A DNA stretch of 55,728 nt, the filler included, from Bipalium vagum (Eukaryota): NCBI GenBank assembly GCA_037834085.1. It is 3 parts of 3 records of this genome, joined end to end, with 100 filler letters (N's around TTAATTAATTAA, not from the genome) between each part and the next. Parts side by side here need not be neighbours in the genome. Positions count along the whole stretch, not along the records: positions 1 to 20,523 come from JBBMKC010251232.1; positions 20,624 to 38,428 come from JBBMKC010050270.1; 1 more part is not named here. The stretch is one strand, 5' to 3'. The position numbers and the translations under genes were made by a program. Under the pieces are notes generated by a model. It had not been told where the DNA came from, ran no database searches, and saw only the letters and a list, made by a program, of their open reading frames with translations. This document shows positions 10,138 to 23,220 of this stretch, piece after piece (the first letter of the stretch is position 1; every line of letters starts with the position of its first letter).

Positions 10138-11579
10138 AAATGTTGTTTGTTTCTATCATAATATAAATACATTAAATATTGATAGCTGAATGAAATCTTT
10201 TCAACCAATTATGAGATAAATTTAACTGAAAGAATTAAAAATAATAATTACAATGTTGAATTGCATATCTTTATTTGAATGTTTAAATTTTTCATGCACC
10301 ATTAATAACCACCTTAAATTAGAACCATAACGATAATAATAAAAATAATAAATTCTTATTAATAATATTATTTATTCTTATTATTATTGTTGTTGTTATT
10401 ATTATTATTATTTTGATTGACATTAAAATATTTAAGTATGTGATTTTTGAAAAATGTGTATTTTAAAATTTTTTACAAGATTTACAAGTCGTTGGTCTGT
10501 TAGAAAGCTGATAAGGAGAAAAAAATTATTTATAATATTAATAATTATCACTAAAAAAAGATGTGCATTATCCTTGAAATTTCATTGTGTAAAAAATTGG
10601 GTATAAAAAATTTTTTCATCATAATTAATTTAAAAATACGCTATTTATGATTTAAATGTTAACATTTAAAATTAATATTTAAACAAATAGTGAAAAATAT
10701 AATAAATTATTAACAGCTAAATTATAGTTATAGTTTAAATTGTGTATCTTTATTATTTTTTAAGGTAATAGGGGATGGAAAAATTTTGTCGATCAGTATA
10801 ATTTGTATAATAATACTAAGAAATCATAATAAAATAACCATAATAATATTTTTAAAATATTATAATTATCCATATGATTAATATATAATCAAACATTTTA
10901 CCTTTATTATTCTCCTACCAACCAACTATTATTAGTTTTTAAAGTTGGAAACTGATCAGATCAGGTAAGAGAGAGCCCAAGGTTTAATTATTATTTTCAC
11001 TAGATATTAACAATCATAATAATTATTATAATAATAATTATTATTATATTTAATGAATATTTATTTTATGCCCAAAATGTCGAGTTGATTTATTAATAAT
11101 TATTTCATCAATAGACCAAAAAAGTTGTTGATAAATCATCCTGAAAACCTTTTTGGATAATTGAGGAATATAATTTGGATAATAATTTACTCTAGTTAAT
11201 TTTTAGAAGAAAAGAGTAAATTGATTAGTTTAAACGGAGACTCCTATGTAATTGGCTCTCAAATTCATTATTTTCAGCCGGCTCAAGCAGCTTAAAATAT
11301 TTTAAAACATTATCATTGTTTTACAGTAGTACAATTGTTAAGTGTTTTATTGTATTATTGCTGTACTAAGAGGTTATAAAGTATCATTATTGACAAGTGT
11401 TTTAAATAGTTTTTCATAAAAGTGTACTTATCGTTGCTTATAGTTGAAATGTGTAAGTCATTTAAATATTGATGACAAATTATAAAAAAGATTACACTAA
11501 TATCCATAGTAAGCAACTGTTAAAGGTAAATTATTGAGGGACTCGAACCTACAAGTTGGGGGTCATATACAACTTGGTA

Positions 11580-12802
11580 CACTGAATTATCCAGGAAAAT
11601 AAATTCAATATTGAATATAATTTTCAGATATAATTTCAGGTATATTCATATGTACAAAGAACATGAAATACAGAAAAACAAAATATGGTTAATATTCGTT
11701 ATATCCTCCAGCTGCTTCGATTATTGCGGAAACCCTTAGCTCTATATAACTCATGATTCTGTAGCGGTAATTCTCTTCTCCCGTGATAGTGCTTCACAGC
11801 TCCTGACAGGTTCTGAACAAGTCGTCACAGGTGGTATGGCCATAAGATGAAGTTGGTGTTTCATGCGTCCCTACACATTTTCCATGTGGTTTGCATCGGG
11901 ACTGATTGTTACCATGACAGAAAAGGTAAGACATGATAATTAAAACAATCTCTGGTCTTTTTGGAAGAATTGATCGGTGCATTATCTTGCTGGTAGAATT
12001 CGATGTTGTTCAATTGATAGAAAGGAAGGAGATACTGTTCTAATAGCTGACTATAGTCTTCAGAATTACACCGATGTTGAATTCTAACCAAATCACTATA
12101 GCCATCTCTAAAAAACGATCCCCATACCATGCAGTGAGGTGAACTTCAGTAATGAAGAGGATAACAAACCTTTCCTACGCCGTGTGAACTTTTGTGTATT
12201 ATTCATCTGAAACTTTGATTTCTCATTGAAGATGATTGCTGACCACTTTGTTTGGCGATGCTGTTCTACCCACAACAAGCGTGCTGGTTTGTTTTGAAAC
12301 AGAAAGGAAGAGCTTGACTGCTGGAGAAAAATGAAGATTACCATTATCCCTCAGGCGATTATTGATCGTGCCATATGATACACGTTGGAATGCACATAAA
12401 TTTGATGCTATTTTCCGAGTGCCTTTAAATGAATTTTGTTCGACATTTCTCACGAAATGCCTGTCAAACCCTTCAGTTGTTATTCGCTGTTCCTTACAAT
12501 TGAATGGTTTTCCTTCATTTGGCAGAAGATTACTGACGTTTCGCTGGCAATATTTAATGACAGCAGACAAGGTTATTGATATGACCATTCAGCATGTTTG
12601 CGTAATGCGTACATTTGCCCTTCGTCAAAAGGTGTTAAATCGGAACCGTGCATATATTAATGTAAACTATTAAAATAAAATAATAATTACCTGTTTTAAC
12701 AAAATGAATTTTAAAAAATTTAAATAAGGAATTACATTTATAAATAATCTAATATATAAATAAACAAAAAAAGTATTGACTTTTTTTCCGGACAATTCAG
12801 TG
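11580..12802 (-). mobile_element. Tc1-family transposon with both ends and a decayed transposase
   Basis: TA|CACTGAATTATCCAGGAAAATAAATTCAATA ... TATTGACTTTTTTTCCGGACAATTCAGTG|TA. Peptides WSAIIFNEKSKF, MVWGSF, YQQDNAPI. Confidence 0.9.
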
Positions 12803-14129
12803 TAAGAGATTGTATATTATTATTTTCCTTTAAAAATCTTTTTTCTGTTTTGTAGTTTTTCCACAAAATTTATATTATCAATTAAAATGCTCATGTTCAT
12901 TTATTTTAATATTTTGAGTCGATTTAGCAGATAAGACATTGGTTTTTTGTTTTGTTGGTTAAAACAATTGTGGGACCGCAGGTGTAACTATTGATTCATA
13001 AACATGTGTAATTAGATAAAATAAAGGTTTTGGGATTATGTGAGGCTGATTTAAAACGGCTATTGGACATCAACGAACACAGCCATTAAAGATTTTAAGG
13101 TCAGGGTCATAGTGGACTTGGTTAATATAAATATTAACAATTGCATTCAAAACTTCAACAAAACATTGAAAAACCTACATTATTTTATTATGTTATGTTG
13201 AAGAGTTATAATTCTAAAATTCCCAGATCTTTTAAAGCTTTGGTACCTAGTTACTTATATAATATTATTTTATTTATTATTTAAGGTAACATTAATTAAA
13301 AGAAACTAAGAGTACTAATAAAACCTATATTGATCAAGAATTTTAAAAATTATTTATTCCAGGTTAGGTATTCTTTCTAACAATGTTGAAAACATGATAA
13401 ATAAATGAATAACTTCTAAATTTATTATCATTATCAGTCATGCAATAAAAATAATAATTTCAACACCATCCAGGATATTATACTCTTAAAACGACATCAA
13501 AGAACATGAAAATTAAAATAGATTTGTTATTAACCTTCAAATTAAAGTTCAACCGATGTACATGTCAATTAAAGAGGTAAATCTAAAAATGTTACATCTC
13601 TGAAAACACAATTATTATTTTGAAACTAATTACCAGTAATAAAAATAGACGCAGACTGTTGTTTTATTATCAATATCAATAAAGATAATAATAGATTCAT
13701 GGTTGCGTTTGGGTTACAATTTCCTCAATCGATAAGCTCAGTAAAAATTCTAGTTTATATACCACGATGAATCTTACGTTTCTTCATTACATTTTCCTTT
13801 GTTTTTTCGGCCTGTCCAAACCCCTCTACTCTCAATTTACCAAAAATTAAAGCTGACCCCTGAATGGACTCACCATTACCAAATACATTGGTAACATTTA
13901 GTTGATAATTAACATATTTTTGATGCGTGGTTCCAAAATGAAATAATGCAACACTCATTTTTTAATTATTGATAAAACAACAATTTTACTTTAAAATAAA
14001 TACGAACATCATTTTTCTTTAAATAATTTATTTACAATTTTTGTAAATCAATTTAAAATTCGTTTAAATGCATAATTAAATACTTTTTGTAATTTTTTGA
14101 ATAATTGTAAATATTCTCTCATTCTCAAA

Positions 14130-15472
14130 TGAAGATAGAAAACACATAATCGATTCATGTCGTAACGGTCATATCAAAAAAGAAATAGCAGATGTTTTAG
14201 AAATCAAATGAAAAACAGTTTATGCTGTAATAAAGGTATATTTTAAAAATTGCATATTTAAAGGTATATTTAAAGTGTTGAGTTGTAACAATAATAATAA
14301 TGCTAGCAATAATACAATAATCCCATTTTTAATTGGGAAAATAATAATAACGACAATTAATAGATAATAATGACTATATGAATCATAATAATAATAATAA
14401 AAAATAATAGTTGTGCAATTAACCTTGGCGTTGAGGTTTGGAATAGCAATCGTGCTTCGTCGTTGGAGTTATTAAATTCTTCTGTCTCGTGGTGAAGACA
14501 GAAATAGTAATTAGAGGCTATTAAGCGAAATATCCATCTCGAAGCTTAAGAATTGGTGATCGTAGCCCGATCTCTACGACTATATAAAGAGACAGCTATT
14601 CCCATTAATTTGCCCAACAGAACTACGAGAGACAATATTATTCCAGGCCAGTGGATATGACGATGCAGAAGAATTTAAAAAGGGGACAGAGCGAGCTTGG
14701 GAATCCTTAGGCAACCTGAGAAGGGTCTAGAGGGCAACCCGGGGACCCCTTGTCGCTCTTGGTGAGACCGTTTTATTTTACTCCCGACTCCTTTTGTGAT
14801 CATTTCTTTCTTCTCTTTTATTAGAAAAGTAACAGTATTTTTCTATCATTATTCTTGGTGACATTTTTATTCGACTCATTGATTATAGGGTGGATTGTTG
14901 TGGGGTCAATATTTTCCAGTGTGATTGTGTTTTATTCAAATAAAGTTTTACTGTAGAAGTTTTGATTCAGTTCTTAGGGAGCGGATACAGTATTATTGTG
15001 GGTGTTATGATTCGGATAATGTTTAAAAGGGAACGAACACAACATTTTTATAGAAGTGAGGAGTCACGAGCACACGTTACTACGTCAAAGTATTATAGTA
15101 ACGAAAGGAAGGAGGAATAGATAGTAAGTTAAAAGGTGGTGTACGAACGCAAGCATTGACAAATGAGCATATTCACAAATAGTATCAGAAAATCGTGTCC
15201 ATCAGATTAATAAACTTTAATTAAGCTTATAAATAATGCTGGTACATTAATATCACCAGGTGGTTGTGCATCATATTATTGTCATGAAAACTTTCATACC
15301 AAGATGCATTAATAAGGAAGCCATTGTCGATGAATAAATTTTGTAATCTTTAATGAATAAAATTTGTATTTTTTTTTTCAAAATGTAAGTTCTTAAATTC
15401 AAAATTGATTTTCATACTTTTAAATTAAAGTACACATTTTCAGAATTTAAGTAAAAACCCTGTATTGTTACA
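14130..15472 (+). mobile_element. Internally deleted IS630/Tc1-like transposon interrupted by a solo LTR
   Basis: HTH EDRKHIIDSCRNGHIKKEIADVLEIK*KTVYAVIKVY. The frame resumes after the LTR as EGGIDSKLKGGVRT. C-terminal FIPRCINKEAIVDE*. Right end ...AAACCCTG|TA. Confidence 0.7.
14276..15103 (+). mobile_element. Solo LTR (Gypsy-like) with 4-bp TSD
   Basis: AAAG|TGTTG...TAACG|AAAG. Removing it restores KVYLKEGGIDSKLKGGVRT in frame. Internal GACTATATAAAG and AATAAA. Confidence 0.8.
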
Positions 15473-16049
15473 ACTGTCTTAGTGATTTTTAAATTATTTA
15501 AATTACCAAAATTTGAGCTGACAGTTGAAACCCTTGCTGAAACTAATTATGTTAATTATAATTTTAAAGAATCTAATAGTTAATAAATAATAAATATTTA
15601 TTGGTTATTTAAAAATAAACTTATAATATTTTTGGAATAATTTGATATTAATACATACATGTATCATAATATACATAATATATAATTTTAATTTAATTAT
15701 CTTGGAGTTACACATCAACCTTTCAGCAATAATTGATAAATATAATAGTTATGTTACTTACTACTGATTTGTTTGAATAAAATTCTTTTTGACCTTCACG
15801 TTTTATATTCTCTACCTTATGAAGAACGAACTAACTATAATAATAATATTTATAACATAGAATCTATGTCTTATATAAATTTTTATATAATAAAACTTTA
15901 AGTTAAATTTATATAATTATTTATAATAAATAATTAAAAAAATTTAAAGTTGAAATGATCGAAAAATGAAATTAGAAGACAATTTTATCAAACATTAAGG
16001 AAAATATCAAGTAATTTATTTTAAAATTTTGGAAATAATATAAAAAGAA

Positions 16050-16888
16050 TGTAGTCATCCACTGACTGTTAGAATGAACAATAATTGTTTGTAAGTTAAT
16101 TTTTTTAATGTTAGTGTATTGGTCAGATGATTTGAAAAATTATCAGTTGGTTGAGATTAAGTTAGAATTAATGAACTATGAAAGGAAATGGCCATTTCAA
16201 GTAGACCACTTGCTTAGACTATATAAAGACACGGCTATCTTCAGGAAAATAAAAAGATGATTTTTAAATTAGTCAGAAGAAAGTATTTATCGAAAGAAAG
16301 ATATTTATTCGATTTTACGAAAGAGTTTTACCAAGGATTATTTTTTTGCTGAAGAAGATTTGTAGAAGACTTCAATTATTCAACAAAGATTTTTGCAGAG
16401 GACGATTTCAATTTCAGTAATCTTATTTCGGTGCTATGACAATGCAAAAGGATTTAATAGTGGAACCCAAAGAGTTTAAGAATCCCTATGTGACCTGAAA
16501 AGAACCTGGTGGACGACCCTAGGACCCATTGTTGCTCTGGGTGAGACTATTTCGGGATTTTTTCTTTCTTTTAATCCTCATTTAGATTGTATTGAATTTT
16601 ACTTTTAATTATACACTATTCTATTGTGCTTAAGTAGACGTTTTTCTTGTATTAATTTGTGCCTAGATTTGATCGATTTTGTACAGTGACTTTTCAGGCG
16701 TTTGTTTATTAATTTGGTTATTAGACAATTGTGCAGGATTTTGTTCATGATTTGTATAACGGTTGAATTTTTAAAAAGTTTTACTGTGATTGTTTTGATT
16801 CAATTGAGTTTAAATTTGTGTAAGTGTGATAGTAAAACGAACACAACATTGAATAGTGAGGAGTTATTGATTTCGAGCAAAAGTTACA
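16050..16888 (+). mobile_element. Solo LTR related to 14276-15103
   Basis: TGTAG...TTACA ends. Shared blocks: GACTATATAAAGA; GAATCC..ACCTGA..GGACCC.TTGT.GCTCT.GGTGAGAC; AAAGTTTTACTGT..TTTTGATTCA; AACGAACACAACATT..AGTGAGGAGT. No clear TSD. Confidence 0.7.
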
Positions 16889-17464
16889 TATTTCAGTTAA
16901 AGAAAATAGTAAAAATATTTTTTATTTAAATTTTTTAATTCAATTCGTCATTTTTAGTGATTTAACAAATAATAAATGTTATTTTAACTTTTCATGTTTT
17001 AATTCAAGTTTCATATCTATTTATTTTAAATTTTTTGGTCCATTTTTAGGATTATATTTTATCTATTTTAGTTAATGCTTTATTTTTTTTCTTCTTCAAA
17101 CGATTTTAGTTGATTTTAAAAATTAAATTAAAGAGAATTATTTTTTCTACTTAATATTCCATCTACACTAGTGTCATTTAATAAATCTTGTCTAATTTGT
17201 TTTACATTAAATCATATCCCTATTAAAGCCTTCTTTCACATATTCTAAATTTATAACACTATCTTCTATTCGATCAGCAACATTTATTATTTTATTATTA
17301 TTTATATTTCCTTTTATATTATCATCAGTAACATTTAAGAATTCATTTTCGGATTCATTTCGGATAACAGTAATTTCTTCTTTTACTAACTGTTTTTATT
17401 TTTATTCTTATAAGCATCATTAAAATATGTAAAGTTATTATCCATTTTTTAATTTTTAAAATTA

Positions 17465-19039
17465 AAGTGCTCCAACTAGTTATTGCCGCACCTTGAAAAT
17501 ATAATAAATCTTAACTGATTTAAATTGAAATAAATTTTTTGATTATTGTATTATGCATGAAATATTTGTAAGATTATAAAATAACTTTTGGCTAACTAAT
17601 CAACTATTTACTTAACATAAAACTGATTTGTTATAATATATCAGATAATTAATTCCAACTAATTATTGCCGCACTAATTTAAAAGTGAAATTATTTAAAT
17701 CTAATTTTATAAATTAATCGTTTGAAGATTAAATATTAAATGTAAGTACTTCTGTCTGTCGAATACTAAGATTTTATAGAAAATTATTTAGTAAGATGTG
17801 TAAAATTGCAAGATTAACCGACATCGAGAAGGGAATGATCTATGTCTACCACGACGCCGAAAAAACGAACAGATGGATCGGCACTAAGTTAGGGAAGAAT
17901 GAATGTAGTATAAGATACTTCTTGAAGATTAAAAAAAAGAAAAGAAGACATGGGGCCCTAAGGCAAAGATTTCCGCAGCAACGAAGCGTTCAATTATTAG
18001 GAATGCCAGCAACCAAAGTATATCCTGTGCGAAGATAAAAACGCTATTCAACTTTATTGGTCAATAGGGAGTATTAGAAAGGTTTTTAATAAATCTAGGA
18101 TGATCCGGTATAAGAAGATGTTGGTAAAACCCCCTTTGAAGCCACTACATAAAATCAATAGTGTCTGCTGGGCTAAAGAGAAAATGTCTTGGGTCACCGA
18201 ATGAGAAAAGGTCATCTGGAATGGCGAGAAGAAGTTTAATTTGGATGGACCTGATGGTTACTCATATTATTGGCACGATTTGTGGAAGGAGGAGATATCT
18301 TTTTCAAATATACACACTGGAGGAGGTTCCTTGTTGATTTGGGGTTGTTTCAATTACAATGGGGATGTCGACTCTCGCGATTATTACTGGTAGGCTAAAT
18401 CAATTTGATTATCAAATGCTTTTAGGAGATAATTAATCTAAATTAATTTCGACTAATTTCAAACAGGATAATTGTTGATGCCATGTTGTACACTTCACTT
18501 CGCAATGGCTACAAGACAGAAATATCGATGTTATGTCTTGGCCGCCTTATTGACCAGACCTGAATCCCATAGAAAATCTTTGAGGGATACTAGCACGTTG
18601 GGTATATGCTAATGGGAAACAATATAAATCAATTTGAGAGCTGAAACGAGAGATAATTCGCTGTTGGGAAGAAATCGATAACAGCGTTCTGTAAGCACTG
18701 GTAAATTCTATGCCAAATAGAATTTATGAAGTGATTTATTCCCATGAAAGTTCAACTAAATAATAACAATCGAAAAATAATTCTAAATGTATTTTTTGTT
18801 ATGATATACGTCTTTTTTAAATATGCGGCAATAAATTATTGGTATCTTTTAAATTAATTTTTACTTTTTTAAAATAATTTTTCATTATATTTTTTGGATA
18901 TATATATATATATATATATATATTAATAGGGTGGATAAATTGTTATATTACTTTTATATAAATAATAATAACTTTGATAGCTTCTGCATACAAAAAAATA
19001 TGCATTTTGTTAGTGCGGCAATAATTAGTTGGAGCACTG
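17465..19039 (+). mobile_element. Tc3-like transposon, full length, transposase pseudogene ~17796-18763
   Basis: TA|AAGTGCTCCAACTAGTTATTGCCGCAC ... GTGCGGCAATAATTAGTTGGAGCACTG|TA. Peptides EKKFNLDGPDGYSYYWHDL, GGGSLLIWG, PDLNPIENL*GILARWVYANGKQY. Several stops and frameshifts. Confidence 0.95.
18899..18922. repeat. (TA)12 microsatellite
   Basis: Seen directly. Confidence 0.9.
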
Positions 19040-19637
19040 TATAAGGATTTAATTATTTAATTCCTTTTTAATTTGTTAATTTAATATTTAAATGGTTAAA
19101 ATTAAGAGAAACAATCTTTATCAAACTATTGAATCTGGCGTTGGAAGCAGAAATACTGGCGAAAAATGGTAAGACTGAAGGTTTCGAAGAAAGGCTGAAG
19201 TTAGCATTCCAGAAGAGAAAAGCAACAATGAAGAAATTGAGAAAACTCTTACTTATGTTACGATATTATCTCACTATGAACACTGTCGTAACCTTAGCTC
19301 TCAAAGTTACTGACCCCTTTACTTTTGCCTATACGTGTACACAAATAAATGAATCAAACAACTATTAACAACACTTTATTGCTAAAATAACAATACAAAC
19401 AGTAACAAGATGTTTCAAATGATCAATAAAATGTCTGCAGTCAAATGTTTTTACACAAAAAGAAATCAAATGTTATCACCCTATAATTTGAATTAAATAA
19501 ATTTTAATGTTTTGTTTTTTTTTTGTTTTGTATGTTTCGTTTTATGTTTTGTTTGTTTGATGTTTTGTTTAGTTTTGTTTTGTTTGTTTTTTTTCCTGGC
19601 TGCACATTTTTCCATAATTGAGTTAATTTCTGCTATT

Positions 19638-20081
19638 TTAAATCCAAATGCTCCGAATGTTTGGTAGTTTGATGGGATCAACGATCCCCCGGCTCCGATT
19701 ATAAATGTTCTGATATCGTAGTATCATGTTCTTCCGGGCTTCGTCCAACAAATTCTGATATTTTTGCTTGTTTGCTTCGTCATTGTCCTTGATAGAAATC
19801 TCTGATTCAAAGGGGACTTTGACATTTATAATTAGGTATCTTTTAAGCCTCTTATTCACTAATTGTATATCAGGAGTTAAGTTTTTTCCTGAAAAAATTC
19901 CTTTCTTTTCAACGTGTATTTCCCATTCCTTTTTAAGTGTGGACAACAAATCAACTAATATATCGCGTACATCATTGCACCTTTTTCGTACCATAGGCCT
20001 TATGTAGATACAGCTGTATAAAGCGTGCGATGCAGTTTCTTCTTTCCCATAGAAATTTCTACAGTTGCCGGCCTTTTTCAA
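19638..20081 (-). mobile_element. C-terminal zinc knuckle and restriction-like endonuclease of an R2/NeSL/R4-type non-LTR retrotransposon
   Basis: CRNFYGKEETASHALYSC (CRxC..ETxxHxLxxC), RCN (for RHN), PDI..INVKVPFE..KQKY. Degenerate at several catalytic positions. Confidence 0.9.
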
Positions 20082-20523
20082 TTTTTTATTGGTTAGTCAA
20101 ATAAATGTCTATTAAGTCTCTTAAATTGAAGCAAAGACTAACAGCTTAACTGTTAGAAGGTTGACTTTTATGTGTTAGACTATGAAAATTTAAGTTTACT
20201 AAAATAACAAATATAATATTTCAAGTTTTATTGAGACTACAAATAGGTTTTTACAGTTAGAGAGTGATTGCTTTTATAACAATCCTCTACAAGAAATCTT
20301 TCCCTTAATTTTACGATTAATTAAAGTTCAGAATCTTTTCGCATTGATTACAAGATCAACGTCTCAAAAGCCCTTCAGAAATTAATTCACCACCCTAATA
20401 AGTGTGTGAACTATGAACAAAAAGAATCACCGTCAGAAATGAAGAGATGAACAAAAAAGATTAATTGATTTTAGGGTTATACCCTAACACTTATTTTCAA
20501 GACTTTTAATTTAGAATTGATTT

Positions 20524-20623
20524 NNNNNNNNNNNNNNNNNNNNNNNNNNNNNNNNNNNNNNNNNNNNTTAATTAATTAANNNNNNNNNNNNNNNNNNNNN
20601 NNNNNNNNNNNNNNNNNNNNNNN
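20524..20623. other. Artificial assembly spacer N44-TTAATTAATTAA-N44
   Basis: Exactly 100 nt, same design as 38429-38528. Confidence 0.97.
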
Positions 20624-20652
20624 ATATTATTATTAATGATAATATTATTATC

Positions 20653-20690
<38 letters not shown>

Positions 20691-20709
20691 TATTATTATT
20701 ATTATTATT
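20653..20709. repeat. (AAT)n followed directly by (ATT)n
   Basis: Seen directly next to the contig end. Confidence 0.9.
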
Positions 20710-21269
20710 TGGCAAAGTGAGATCAACTAGTTAGTGGTAATCGCCTCTTAGTACAACCTTTATTTAATTCAGGATGAAATCACAAGACTTAATAATAATG
20801 ACCAAAGATGTAATAATTTCTATGGTTTTACTAAACGATTTCATAGTCTTATACGTGTGAGTTATTTTCGGATTCAATATCAACATTTTGTCAATTATAA
20901 AATAAAATTTTCATCAGAAATTGGTGGATTTAGCATCCATATATATAATGGATATTGAAAATTACAAGACACGTACTTCCGGCTCGACAGAACTTTGTAA
21001 ATATTATTATTAATTTAGCTTTGGAATTATGTGACAAATCGGCTTATTATCAAGGATATTATAATCTGGGTAACGGAAATATGGTGAGATAAAACAAGAA
21101 GAGAATTAAAATAAAATGTAGTGTCATAAGTTGATGGTCAATAAAATAATAACATTTTGGTATTTTTTGATTGATTTTAGCTTTCTGGTGGAGAAAATAC
21201 ATCTTCAAAAAACAAAAACAACATTTAACGGATTTCTTGTACCTTGAACATAGAGTAGTGAGTATAATT

Positions 21270-21836
21270 CATCGGCCACCATGTCATTCATTTACTCCTA
21301 TTCCTGTGGGCTCTGGGTTTTTCTTCCAAATAAAATAGTCAATGCAATCGTCTTTAAAATGATTCTAGAAGAGAAAGGTAAACCATTTCTTGCAATTAAA
21401 AATTGTGATTATTTCCAGCATGATGGAGTGCCGTGCCATCATGGACACATCAACAAGGCTTGGCCTTTTAATAATAACATTAATGTAATGGGTACATGGT
21501 CTCGAAATCCTCCAGATCTATCGCTTTTTTAGAACTGCTAGAAAGTTCTAAAACAAAAAGTCTCACTGCATAATTCTACGCCAACCTAAATTTAAGTGAA
21601 AGTTTGGGTTAACGAAATTATCATGGACGTTTTCTTAAAATTGATTGATTCTATGCCGAACAGGTTTGCTGCAGTACTTGCGGAAAAGGATAAGCTCACT
21701 AATATAATATTTATACTACAAATTATTCAAAAACCTACTTCTCGAACATGTTTCCATAATAAATCTTCTGTAACGAATTGCATTTTTAAGCCATTTCATA
21801 AAATTGAAGGTTACCGATGAATTGTGGCCACAACTG
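21270..21836 (+). mobile_element. Tc1-like transposase 3' remnant with right end
   Basis: FQHDGVPCH..WSRNPPDLS; KLIDSMPNRFAAVL; terminus ...GGCCACAACTG|TA. Confidence 0.8.
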
Positions 21837-22489
21837 TATGTGTGAAGTTACATATCTTTAAACAAGCAATATTTTTTCTTTTATGGTATTCTGTAAAATT
21901 TTTGTTTTTCCATGAGTTTATTTGTGTTTGGTAATGAAGGTCTCAACCTGAGATTGTGGGTTTCTCAATTCAGACATACTCGTAAGTCAGAAATTGAAGG
22001 AAACATTACCGAATTAAGCTTGTAGTTGACTTTAACCACACTTTAAGACTGAGTCAACGAAATAAGTAAGATTATGAATAACTAACTTGACTGTTTCTTA
22101 ACAGTACTTTCCTTTTGGTTTTATAAAATAAACAAAATTCAAATATTACATAAAAAAATCAAATTCGGTCACATTTTGTAATTGGAAATCAAAATAAATC
22201 AAATATTCAAAATAGTTCATTTGGAATTCGATGAATTGTGCTTTATTTTATTTTTTTCTGTTCTGATTTCATCAATTATACTCTGTAGATTTTTGGGTGC
22301 ATTTATTATTATTATCATTATTTTATAATAATTATTAATATCATTACAATGATAAAATTTAAAAATGACGTGACAAACCCTGTATTTTATTATTATCATT
22401 TGTATCATTAATATTGTTGGAACTATGCATAAATGTTAGTCGTTCTTTTCAAAACTCAAACTTCATTTTTTCAAACAATAATTAAAATT

Positions 22490-23220
22490 TAATCATCAAA
22501 GTATTTTCCATTGTTGGCTATGACTTTCTGCTATTGTTTTTGGAGCTGGTGAATTCCAACACGAAAGTAGTGTGTTAGTTTGAAGGAAAAGTCATAGATG
22601 AATTTTCGGATATCCGATACATCTTGAACGCTCTGTCCAATTATAGAATGTTACATTGAAGTGAACAAATAATAATTTGAAAGGACCAAGTCTGATGACA
22701 AAAAACCACTAGAGGAAGAAGAATATCTCGGCCTAATTTGAAGATAGGTTCCTATGTTGCAACAGGAACGTTTGGTCGTTCATTGTTATGCAATAAAAGA
22801 ACTTTATTAGTTCCATGTCCACTAAATAGCCTATTTTATCATTTATTTGACTAAAATAGCGTTGTGCGGTACCTATTTTTGAAGCTTCATGAATTTTCCC
22901 ACGTCATGTGATCGTCTGGAAAGTGTGTCTGATCAACATCTAGTCGAGTTACAAGTTCCTCTCAGGTTTGTACAAAGTTTTCATTCAGTAGTGTTTTCAA
23001 TCAACCTGTTTATATTTTTTTGGGTGCATTAGTATGATCTCGGCTGCGTACATCAAAATTACCATTCTTAAACTGTTTTTAACAGTATCTACAAGCTCTT
23101 TGAAATAAAGCTACTTCGCCAAAAATTGAACACATTGATTTGTAGACTTCAGCAGCATTTTTTCCTTGTTGAAATTCATAACTAAAACAATGTCTAAAGT
23201 ACACCATATCACCTACCACA
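22490..23220 (-). mobile_element. mariner transposase remnant
   Basis: FRHCFSYEFQQGKNAAEVYKSMCSIFGE..FKNGNFDV, and downstream LLHNNERPNVP (HDNARPH-like). Confidence 0.8.

Noticed and set aside
11537-11575. tRNA B-box-like GGTTCGAGTCC on the minus strand
   Set aside because: No A box or cloverleaf, even after removing the adjacent Tc1 insertion.
20568-20579. TTAATTAATTAA as a biological motif or piggyBac site
   Set aside because: It is centred in exactly 44+44 Ns twice, so it is a synthetic linker.
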